Made by a program: the position numbers and the translations under genes. Source: Podarcis erhardii (lineage: Eukaryota). From it: a stretch of DNA of 64,000 nucleotides. The stretch lies in NCBI GenBank assembly GCA_964252035.1, contig CAXUOO010000090.1, one strand, 5' to 3'. Below are positions 27,001-39,100 of the stretch, piece after piece. The notes beneath the pieces are model-generated. The model was given only the letters and a program-made list of their open reading frames with translations, had not been told where the DNA came from and made no database searches. The stretch's first letter is position 1. Each line of letters begins with the position of its first letter.

Positions 27001-29129
27001 TATTCGTAATAAAATCCAGCAGATCATTATTATTAGTACATATACACGTATTTACATATATATATAAATCTGTTTCTTACACAGATGAAATGTATACTAC
27101 ATAGTCACGTTATATATACATATATGTATATATATATATATAAATGTATCTACGTATATATGTGTATAAAGTATTCTCTGTACGTAATTGTATATAACTT
27201 ACTTTTCCCTAGCATCAAATTTGCAGTGGAGCCCTGTTTGAACTTGCATGACTTGAACATGTATGTATCGTGTCAATCGTATAATTATGTGTATGCTCCT
27301 CTTGCTGCAGATCCGGACCTTATCATGTGCCGCAAACAACCAGGCATAGGTAAACAACAATTTAATATGATCGAATCTTTTACTTTGCTGAGTATACGTA
27401 TACGTGTAAGGGATCTTCTCGATAATATATTTTTGCAGATCTACACCTGCATACATGTCTATATTTGTTCACCAAATTCTTCGCCTGATATAATTTATTT
27501 ATTCGTCTCTTCGTGTACAACTTTTGTCGCGCATCTTAGCTTTTTCACAAAGTCGTCTGTGCACTAATACAGTAAGATCCTGTGCAAACACATATGTATA
27601 CACATATATATGAAAATTTAACTAACGCTTTGTTCTCACATGCGGGATGATGTGCATATACACACTGGCTATATAATAATGTAATATATCCGTTGTACGT
27701 TGTTCGCAGTACTCTATTCAACTTCTTGAGCAGACACAGTGTATATACACTGCATGAGGTATAAATTTAGCGCTGCCGCATTAATTCGGATTTCTTAGTT
27801 GCAACGATATAGGTGAGCTGGAAGAGACACAAAGTATGAATGTACGAACGCCTATTTTTTTCCCTTCTATCTAAATGTCGATACCTGTCAACAACACGAA
27901 GGTACATAAACATATATATAGAGAGAGAGAGAGGTTATTTATAGTTGTAGTAGCCGATTGGGCTTCTATGCATATTTATATTGTTAGTACGTATTATTAG
28001 GTGATGACGGGTTTTTGTAAAGAATGTGAGACTCGAATTTTTTATTTACGGAGCTGATCGCTCTTCTCATACAGTCCCTAAATGTCACCATCTTACTTGG
28101 GTAAATACTTGAATGATTTTGTTGCTATACAACTGCAGTACTTTTCGACTAGCAAAGGTGAGCCCTTTTTCCAAAAAGAGAAATGTACACTTTCCATATG
28201 AATCTCAGAATATGTGGAACAGTTGTTTCTCTACAAATACAGATCCGGTAGCTACTAACTTTGATCTAGAACACGATATTCAGGAGTGAATGAATATCTC
28301 AGTGCGGCTGCAATAGGGTATTCAGTCCCTTCACCAGCGTCTCTGCCGTCTTTTTCGTGAAACTTGTGGCCACGGCGCTACTACGGTTTAGATATTCTTT
28401 CAGTACTCAAACGCAGTTGAATTTTCAATATATTTGCGTATCAGTAGTAGAAGATCCGCTGTGTAGCTGTATGAGAATCGCTGCTAAGCCGCCACCATTG
28501 TTGAGAAGGTTGACTGGGAAAATACACTAATGCTTAGTTGTAGCTGGTCCTGCCTTTGCTGTTGCTTATCTGCTGTGCGTAAATATAGTTACGCATATAT
28601 CTCATATATATATATATATATTTACTTGGGGAATTTTGCTATATTTGTGCCTGATGTTTGTAGAAAAATGACGCCGTTGTGTTCTCTGAGGCTGCTACTC
28701 ACTAGTGCTCGCGATATATGCATACATGATAGTCATACAAATGTACACATATGATATGTATGTAGAGAGAAAAATCTACATGTACTATTACATATATATA
28801 TATATATAGGTGAAATTAGATCTTTTTGTATGATGGTGGCTTGTACCGATAGTGTATGCACCACAATTTGCGAGTGGCAGGGAAGACGAAACAGGAAAAT
28901 TAGAAAACTTCAACTTCGATGTGACCTATCATATGTAGGAGTTTGATTTTGTAAGACTTTTGCGCAATGGCATGCTTGTTCTGCTTATCTTCTAAGGCAG
29001 TGGTGCTATTGCGCTTGCTTCAACACGTACGTATACTATGCAAATATACACGGAAATATATATATGTTCAATTCTGGATATATCTGTATTTCGATACGCG
29101 CGTTTCTATGCTCAGCCAGAGTAGTAAAC

Positions 29130-29188
<59 letters not shown>

Positions 29189-31004
29189 CTGCGGTTGTTA
29201 ATAAAGAAGAGACTGTGAGTCTGTAGCTATGGTGTTGGTGGTTTTGTGTATGCTGCGGCTGCTGCGGCAGTAGTCACACGCTGCTGATGTGGGTTTGTAT
29301 TGGTACTGTTTGTGCCGATTTCTTGTTGGTGCTGTTGTATGCGTGTCACTTTTTCCGTGTATAGTGTAAAGGGTGGGTATCGGTGGATGTCGCAGCAGAA
29401 GATATAACGGTCAAGTTGCTGTAGCACGAGTCCCTCTGCTTGACTGCAAAAGCTGATTTTTCTGGTTGTTGCTGCATGCGTTGTGCGAAATTCATGCCAA
29501 ACTGCTACTAGTGTTGACTGTTGCACCATATATAAATGCCACTTTTGTTGCGTCCGTTGTGGTGTGCTTCTATCCTCTCTTTACAAGCTCTTCTTTAGCG
29601 CATAGTTTGCGGCAGTTGCTGGTGCAGCGGCTGCTGGAGCTGTTGTGTGTCTTGTAGACAACCCCTGAATTTACTGCTAACGTTTGTGATATCCTTGCTG
29701 CAGTGCAACTTCCGTAGCACGTTTTTTTCCTGCATGCATCGCTGTTGTTGCAGCTGCATGCATTGCTGCGTTTGATGCTGTTGCTGGGTTTGTTTTCTTT
29801 TAAGCGATAGGGCGTTTGTGCGAAAAATGCGATGGAAAGTGCCCAATTTGCGACAGCTATGTGAGACCCCACACGTTAGTGCGCATCTGCGATGAATGCA
29901 ATTACGGCAGTTATCAAGGCAGATGTGTTATTTGTGGAGGGCCTGGAATCTCCGACGCTTACTACTGCAGAGAGTGCTGTCAAATGGAGAAAGACGTAAG
30001 CAGACAGTCGCATTACATAGGTCCAACTGTGTACATACACCCGTGAGAAAGAAAGAGAAAGAGAGAGAGTCGGCTTTTTCTCTGCGAGACAATGTGCAGG
30101 TTGTTGTTGCAGGAGAACGGGTGTTTGTATAGAAGGGAAAGACTTTTATCGCGAAAGGGTGATGGTGTATAAGCCAGTGGAAGAAGTTCTGATGAAGAAT
30201 ATGCACTTTGTGTCTCTTTGGGCGTGTGAAAACGAGCAGTTCGCGCAGTTCAGCGGTAACACTGGGTCATGTAGAGAAAGAGGACTACTCTCGCTTTTTC
30301 AGTTGCGATTGAAATGGAAAAGTGTAGAATTTTCACGTTTCGCATTTTTTCAGGGGTCAGATTTTTCGTGAGAGTCTGCGTGTCTGAAAGCTGAACGAGT
30401 TTTGATGTGCTGAAATCTGGCAGACGCTTTTCCGAATATAATACGGGCTCGTACACGAATGCGTCCGTGCGTGTTCAAGTGTCAACTTCGTAATAGAGAG
30501 TAGTGTGCTTGTATGGAGAGTATAGGGGCCTGAATTGTAAAGCTGTACAGTAGTAGTAGTAGAGAAAACTCAGCTTTTATCTTCTTGCCGACGAGTCGTC
30601 AGATGTCAAAGTTGCTTCAGATGCGGGAAAAAAACACAATAAAAGCAATGCTATATCTAATTGTTTGTGAAAAGCAACTTTTTAGACTTCAGCAGATCTG
30701 CATATATGTATATATGTGTATATACAAGAGAGAGAGAGAGTGTGTGTTTTCTTCTGTGAAGGCAACTTTTGATGAAGTTTTTCTATCGGAATGCTTCTCT
30801 CCCCTTTGTACATATATATATCTAGTGAGTGTCAACTATATGAATGCGGGTACGTTATAGTTACTAGTGTGCGACTCTGCAGAAACGGCTGTCCGTCAAT
30901 GTATAAATATGTGAATACTTCGTGTAAAATTGTTCTGCGTAGGAGGAGATATTTGTGAGAAAGTAGCATCTGCGCTTATACATTTAAATATATATAGATA
31001 TATA

Positions 31005-31045
<41 letters not shown>

Positions 31046-32934
31046 GCATCGATCGGTATATTCCTTTGTCATGCTTACATATACATATGAATACACATAA
31101 GAATATGTCGTAAAAAGAGGGAAGTAGGCGAGACAAGCTGCTTTCTGTATCAGGAGGGATTGTAGTTTAGGGACAACATCTTTTTTCTAATAGCGGGAAC
31201 AGGGGAGCAGCAGCAGGAACTACACTGCGGCAGACTCGTTTTCTTCACATATGTATATATATATATTATTTATGGAGATAGGGGTGCGTGACGGGTAGAT
31301 ATTGAACTCTGCGGTATGGCGTTCCAATGGTTTGTCGTCGTGTTTGTCAAGCGCTCCACCAACCGCAATCCGTTTTGCAATCCGTGTTTCGGTGCATGTT
31401 ATCAAGTATTGCTTAGGAGATTCTCTGACTACAAGAATAGGTACTGTGGACTTTGATTTTTTTTTCAAAAGTGATTTGCTGTGCTTCGCACCTCTCTGTT
31501 TATTAATTCTTCTTTCATTCTTCTGATATGCCTCTCTGTGTCACAAAGGTAGCAATCTACGCTGGTATTGCTATTTTTTCCAGTATGCTGATGCGGCTGG
31601 TGCTGGTAGTGGTCTCTTTGTTATGATACATGTTGCAGCGGTAGATGGGATATTTTACTGCCGTGGCTGCGGAGCGCTTGTCGTATTTTTTCACCCTTTA
31701 TTACTGTTTGAAGTTCGAGATATTTTCGCAATCTTCCAGCTTTCAGTACTATTATTTTCGAATTTTTTGATAAACATAATGTATGTATATATATGTAATT
31801 TAGCAGCACCTGGAGATCATAGGCCTTGCAGAACAGCGTGCTGTTATCGCATTTAGCTTCATTTATGCTAATATCTACTTACTGGATGGAGTGAGAAAGG
31901 GATAACAGAGAGAAAGAGAAATATGCAGAGTAACAAAGCCGTACAGCCTTGCAATCATACTAGATATGAATTCATGTTTCTATATGTATATCTAATGTCT
32001 TTAGTGGACGTTTATGTCAATGTAACCTAATATATATATATATATACATTTATATTGATTTATGTAGAGGGAGAATGAGAGAGAGACGGTGAGTGCGCAC
32101 TAAAAGCGTTTGTATGAATATGTACCTGCCCGTGTCAAAATATACATACACATGCGTAAATTTTGTTCGTCGAAAATGTATGATATAAAAGCTGAAAGAT
32201 CTGTCTATGTTTTGCCAGCAGCTGATTATATATTTTGTTTTCCATAACACTGCTGTTATTTTCTGCCCTACGCCGCTTTGTATTCTCAAACGCATTCCAG
32301 TGTATACATGGGAAAAGTAAAATTACGCTTGCATAAGTCTTTTGAAACTCACATCTTTTTACATATACGTATATATATAAAATAGATCTACCACAGCCCT
32401 AATTTGTCAGTGTTATTTCCGTCAGTCTATGTATGGACGTCTTACGGCTCCGTCGAGCGCTAGAAGCATCAATGTCAAGGTTTTTGTGTAAGATGATATT
32501 TGATAATCAAATACATCTACTACGGAGACTTGATTACATTCCAGTATGAATTCCTATTATTACACAAAAGGTCTGCACAGATATATATATCTATATATAT
32601 ATATATATATCTTCTTATATATATACAATAAAAATCACAAACGCGTAAATACATGAATATAAATATATATATATATATACTGTATATGTGTATCCTGCTC
32701 TTGATATGATGTAGGCTGGCTTACGTTTCGAGAGATTTTTCGTGTAGTCATTCTGCTATAGTGTGCTGATGTTATCTGCATCTACAAAACAGCAAGAAAG
32801 TTTATCACCAAAGCGTAATTTGAGTGGCTGGATGATTTTTGCAGCGAGACGGATGTCCGAAAATCGTGAACTTGGGTAGCGCCAAAACAGATCTCTTCTA
32901 TGAAAGAAAAAAATACAGCTTCAAACGAACTTGA
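26400..32934 (+). CDS. PHF5A: PHD finger-like domain protein 5A (SF3b subunit, Rds3), 111 aa, 4 exons
   Basis: Exons 26400-26415, 27311-27349, 29805-29995, 32845-32934, all GT-AG, 336 nt in frame: [111 protein letters not shown]. Near-identical to the well-known PHF5A sequence. Confidence 0.98.
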
Positions 32935-33533
32935 TCGATGATATTCATTTTCGAAGGGAAAGCTTCACATGAAAGCATTCGATATTATCAAGCAGCCTAA
33001 AAGTTGTGTATCGCCGTCGACGGGGGTACGGACATAATGTCAAAGAGCCGGAAGAAAGCAGAGATCCTGATAGGCGGCGAGCATTGTTACCTCAGAAGTA
33101 GTTGTATCGATTTTTTTATGTTAACAATGGGAAAATTATCATTGAAAAAAGTAAATAACGGTATAAACGTACATGAATATGTTGATATATATATATGCTT
33201 TTATACATATATGTACACGTGCACACACACATTTAGTAAACCTATACGGATAGCCGCTTCTCACTTGCTGGGATGACGTGCATGTTTTTATAATAAATTT
33301 CTCAAATTTCTTTACCCGATTCAGTCATTTCTGCTGCGGGTCTCTGGTTCCACATATTCAAATGTATGTATATATATATATTTCAAAATTCAGATAAATG
33401 TGAATATACTCATATATCTGAATATATATATATATATATATATGTAGATATGTATATATCTCTCTCCTGAGCATATGGGGCTTGAAAGGTGAGATAAGAA
33501 TGAATTTGCGCATGCGTATTTTCAAACAGTGGT

Positions 33534-33590
33534 CTCAACTTAGTATTGTACTGTTCTTTGTGACCTCAACTTAGTATTATGCTGTTTGTG
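33534..33590. repeat. 31-bp period tandem repeat, 2 copies, core ctcaacttagtatt
   Basis: Core found at 33534 and 33565. Confidence 0.75.
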
Positions 33591-33874
33591 TCGCTTACCT
33601 TGGTAAATGGAGGGTACAGTCAATTCAAACTTAGCTTTGCACAACTCTTGATGTTAGTTTACTGGAAAACATCTAAGCTTCTTTTGAAAGAATGCGGATG
33701 TGCAAATCTGCATAGCATATACTAATTGATATATTTCTCATCAAATTGGTCACGCAGGGGATGTTTCTTTTTGCCTTAACACTACACATCACAGTTTTTT
33801 CTAACTATTTTAGAGTACTTCCTACTATTCTTCGACCAAAATCATGTCTTTCGGGTGGTTCCGAGTGTTCTTTT

Positions 33875-34022
33875 NNNNNNNNNNNNNNNNNNNNNNNNNN
33901 NNNNNNNNNNNNNNNNNNNNNNNNNNNNNNNNNNNNNNNNNNNNNNNNNNNNNNNNNNNNNNNNNNNNNNNNNNNNNNNNNNNNNNNNNNNNNNNNNNNN
34001 NNNNNNNNNNNNNNNNNNNNNN
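33875..34022. other. Assembly gap (148 N)
   Basis: Run of N. Confidence 1.
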
Positions 34023-34121
34023 TCTTACGCAGTGTATGCAAAGATGAAGCTCTGTATGTTACACGACAGTGTGGATGAAACCTTGTTCTGAATAGCGTTA
34101 GGAATGTTTTGTATACATATG

Positions 34122-34173
<52 letters not shown>

Positions 34174-35557
34174 TTTCGTGCACACAGCAATTCACATTGT
34201 TGTTGCGCCTTCTTTTCGGCAAAGTGTATTTAATTCTTCAATCGATGGCGTCTTCTCTGGCTTTCCTCGTGTTCGTGGCAACTTGCATACCAGTATTGTA
34301 TTCGGGTGGCTACTGAAAGTATTGCGTAGGGGATGCTTTGGGAAGGACATTATCCTGAACACCCTGATCTACGCTAGAAACACATGAGAGGTAATATCTC
34401 AACAACTTTCCATTGTGAAAGAAAGGAATTTTTTCCATCATTTGGCTGTCGTTATATCTATTTGAATGATTAGGAATTATATTGTTGCTTATTAATATAC
34501 ATTCAGTTTCAGTATAAATTTATGTCAAGGTTTGTTTACATCGACTTATAGATCAATTATATTAAAAATAACGCAAATATAAGACATACGTTTATGTGTA
34601 AATGTATCACACTTCCAAAATTTACCCACAGTCAACTTTGGTGAAGGACAGTAAACGTTCGCTGTTTTAGCAACCCGAAGCCATGCCATTTCAGTATTTT
34701 TCTTTACCTGCAGCTAATACAGGAAACACGAAGCCGATAATCGAGTGGAATTTTATATCGCTGGATTTTAATACGGCAAAAAGTCCACACGCCGGACACG
34801 TATACTGAATCACGTGTATTATGTGTTCGAATTTCAGTGCTACCACATGCTTCAAACTGCACCATCTCGACCGCCCTCAATATATAGCTTTTTTTAAAAT
34901 GAAAGAAGTGCTCGGCACACATGTTGCTTGTGCCAAGTTTTTTGCGTATACAAGCGTTACAAGTTCAAGAAAATTATTCCATCACTAAAAGCTCGTCACA
35001 GACGTTGCAAAAAGCTTCTGCTTTCTATATTCTAGGGCCCGTAACAACCCAATTCTCAACGTATAGGACTTTTCAATTAGGTTAATATTCCAATAGATAT
35101 TACTCAATTGCGACCCTAGCTATGGAGTACCACTACAGCGGTTTTCGTACGAATTCGAGTGTCATCACAAAGACATTTAGGAAGGACGTTCACTTACCTT
35201 GCAAATTCGATCAGCTGATCTGAGTACCTCATGATGTTCAAACTGTTTTTCCAAAAAATTATATATGGCTGAGAATCATGATAGACTGATCGTAAAAGCT
35301 TCAAGCTTTCAGATAGAGCTCAACATGAATATGCACTTTGTTCGGTACAGCAGTTAAAGCAGTGATCGTTGAAAATTTCAAGCTTTCACATAGAGCCCAA
35401 TATAAATATGCACTTTTTTTGATACAGTAGTTAAAGGGATTGATTACATTGGACATTTCTGGCCGCACGACAGAGGGGTTATTGAGCACTTGTTCTATAC
35501 ATAAACTCGTATAAATGTAGCTATTGAGCGCCTCCGCTACTCAGTCGAGAACACGAA

Positions 35558-35667
35558 AGTAGCTGCTTCAAAACGCATAAACAGCTACGGTGCCTGATCG
35601 ATTGAGAGGATTAGTAGCTGCTTTGAAACGCATGAACAGCTTCGGTGCCTAATCGTTTGACAGGATG
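35558..35667. repeat. 55-bp tandem repeat, 2 diverged copies
   Basis: agtagctgcttcaaaacgcataaacagctacggtgcctgatcgattgagaggatt versus agtagctgctttgaaacgcatgaacagcttcggtgcctaatcgtttgacaggatg. Confidence 0.85.
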
Positions 35668-36145
35668 CCGCGTCATATGAAGTCTTTTACCTCACATTTC
35701 CACAAGGTTGCTAATGTTCCTGCCTGCCTTATGATGCCGCAAAAACTTGAACAATATCAGAAAGTGTTTATCTTTGCTTAATTGGTTGTGGAGTTGGCAT
35801 ACGACGAAAACGCTTTTCTTACAGATGTACGCGGCTGCTAATGTACTCGTATACGTGATACATACAAAGACGCACGATTTGAGGAAGGCAAGAATGTGTT
35901 TTACGAGCGGCTCCTTATGAGGAGACTCTCCCCTTAGAACATAAACTGACTTCAAAACAGATTGGTGTTGCTTACAGCCGGAAAAAATCGATAATCGCCA
36001 CAGCAGCATGCATGTTTTCCAATAGTCTACACACTTGAATCAAAGGTCTTCTGAAATGACGAGTAAACACAGAGGCGTAAAAGCCGCAAGCGCGCTTCCC
36101 TTCAACAACTTAAACAGGAATACTTCTCACTTCATCTCGCATGGT

Positions 36146-39100
36146 TCATCCGCTGGGCAACGGAGGCAAATCATTCGCAGCTACGGAAGCTGTTTGTACC
36201 GCTTCTGTTGTTATGCCACGCGTAGATACCGTGCACTTTCCTCCTGGTGTCGGATAGACCGTTGCGGACGCGCTGCTACTGGAGCTGTGGCCCTTTTTAC
36301 TGATTGTCGCCAATTTATGACGTTCTGCTCCTGTGCTTCGTTCGGTGAGTTGAAAGTTACCACGACCTCGCATGGTGGGATTCCTTGCAAGAACCTCTTT
36401 CACTGGCACTGAACAAGTTTGCTTGCTTGATTTGTTCACTCTGGAGCTGTTGTCACAGGTGGCACCGCAGTGTGCTGGCTGCTCGCTACTCCTTGTCTTT
36501 GATGAATTGCTATATTTGGGAAAGGGTGTGCCCCTCATATTTTGCTGTCTGCCATCAGCTCTCCGACTCTCAGCAAAACGAGAATTAAATTTACTCTTTG
36601 CATCGCACAGAGTTGGCTTCTGCACGAGTGAGCTTTGTGTCGAAAAAGAATGTTTTGCCTGTAGCCTAGCTCCATTAGTGTCGCTGCTGCGACGGTCCTC
36701 TAAGCTCTTTCCTGTAGCTAGTCTCCTAGCGGCTGACACCCTCGCATTTGCTTGAAATGATGAGTAAGGAGGCCTAGCTGACACTTGTTTTACGTGCGCG
36801 CTCGGAAGGTGAAGAACTGGCCCAGCGCTCAATTGAAGCGTTTGCTCGCCCTGAAGATTTGGCTGGGATAGGAAAGAATCACGATTACTAGAGAGGCTAC
36901 TAGTTCCTGTTGCTGCGGAAGTAGGGCGTGAAAAAATCCGTTCCGCGTCTCGTAGTTCGCGGCGGAGAGTCTGGTCTTCACACGCACGCTCTAAAGAAGG
37001 TACCTGATTTCAAAGTATAAAGTGGTTTCCACAAATATCGGTTTTGCAGCATTGCTCAGTCCTGTTTTTGGTGGAGTAACCTCAGTGAGAGACGTCGTGC
37101 TGGGTGTTGATGTAGAGTGCTAAAAACTTCTCACCAGTAACGCTGAAAATGTGGCTCTGTCGTTCCTTTTTTGAAAAGCGTGAGCTAGAGTACTGACGAA
37201 AGATCAGGCATTGCGTGTGCATCTTTTTGTAAAAGTTTAACTTTCCCGTTTTGTCCTCCACATTAGCAGAGAACAAGAGATAGGATTGCTGATGAAATAC
37301 CGAACTTCGATCGGGGTTCTTCCGCATTGTACTATGAACATGGCATAAGAATAATAAATGCTCACCTACGCTGCAGCGAAGCAACCTAATTGCGAATATC
37401 AGACTTCTCTGTCATAAGCTTTGCTCGACATTCGCCAGAAAATCTGTTTATACGTAACTGTATAGGTCTGATTTTTCCCTTTCTTCTAATTAGATCGTGC
37501 GGTAGGGTTTTGAAGCGATACTAGCTTATGTACCTTACACAAAAAATCTGAACATATCTTTGTTTTCATATTACCTACAACAAAGAGATAGGATTTAGAA
37601 CAAATACGGTACATCGATTGTGTGGAATGAAGTACACAAATTAAATACTATGCTTACAGCATGTAGTTTGAACAGGATATAGACACACTACATGATATCA
37701 AAAGGATCTTCTGTGCTCACCAGCGAGCAAAAGTCGCACGACACAAGACGATAAACCGACCCTTCGAGCTGGAAAAACGAAGGTTGTGGTGTATTTACCT
37801 TCAAGCTCATGCCACCCACTTGCAACGCGTCTTCAATTTCTTCATTTTCCTGCTGAACCGGTATCGTCTCCGCTTTCCCCCTCTCCTCGTTGAGTTCAGC
37901 TCTTCTGCGGATACCGAGCTTATCATTCACGTCGCAATCCTTGATTTCTGCGTTGTATACTGCAATGGAATTTGCTTGAAGCGGCTCATTCTTTTTCTGC
38001 TCGTCTTTCACAAGTTCCACCTCAGCGTTTTTTAGCAATAACTCAGACTGAGGGTTTCCGAAAGAAACTTCAGAATCTGGTAGTCGTCTACAATTTTCGT
38101 TCGTGAGTAGAAGGCCTTGCCGCGCATTCGCAGGATTGTATTCATCACAAATGGCGGATGCATGTGAATCTGACACTTGAAGCTTAGCCAAGTTTTCCCA
38201 GATACTCTTCTCATCAAAGTCGCTGTCACCTGAACTGTGGACTTCTTGTGGATCTTGTTGTGCTTCATCCGAACTTTGCGACGCTTTAGACGAGGAGGTC
38301 GATTTACTCTCTGAACTGGGAAATTCCTCAAGCGTCGTTTGGCTCTCAAAAAAACAAGGATTTTCCGGCAGGTACCCTAATTTAGGTAATTTTGTTTTTA
38401 AATTTGTTCTTGAATTAGTGCAATTCTTAGCACAAAGGTCGTCGGAAATATCTCGGCGGTTCTAGCACGCAACAGGATACCGATTGGAAACAACAATTTT
38501 GAACTCATATATTGGAATCGTCGATGGCTTAGATGCTATTAGTGACAAGTTCAGTATGTTGTCTTCGTGGGTCACTTATGTTATATCATCGTCGCTCTAA
38601 CAACCTCTCTGCACTTATATCTAGCGAAGAATCGACAAGACTATATATTATATTGACTAATTGGCTGATTCTACTGGATTTGCCTGGTGTGTATTATCAT
38701 CTAATCTAAACTGTTTACAGCATAGTACTTATACGTCCGTATCTAGCAGCTAAGGAGCAACGCTGAGTTTGGACTCTATCAGAGATTGGCCCTCAACCAC
38801 TGTTGGGAAGACAGAAGATCTTAATTAGATGGATTTCTAAGGGCTTCATTTAGTAAAGAAAGCTGGTTCTTTCTTTACCTAGTCGCTTGACTCTAATTTG
38901 AACGAAGCTGAGCCAAGCACAATTTATTGAAAGACTTTTGTACTTAAGGTAGCGAAGTTTATGGTCAACACTACGTCCCAGTGAATGCGAGACTTCCTCA
39001 ACTTCGCTGCAGTGCCACTGCAACACAAGTTGTTCCTAACTGCCATTCGAAGCAGAATTTTGCAGTGATGCAAATATTATTGCATCTGATTCTGATGAAC

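Noticed and set aside
28001-28057. GTGATGA ... CTGA, a possible box C/D snoRNA in PHF5A intron 2
   Set aside because: No terminal stem, and the AT-rich guide region has no rRNA complement I can recognise; compatible with chance.
31220-31468. Antisense ORF in PHF5A intron 3 ([23 protein letters not shown])
   Set aside because: Short, runs into a TA repeat, and has no partner exons.
1164-35489. Dozens of short ORFs rich in [12 protein letters not shown] or THTHTH
   Set aside because: They are translations of (TA)n, (TG)n and (CA)n microsatellites in introns and spacers, often starting at non-ATG codons.
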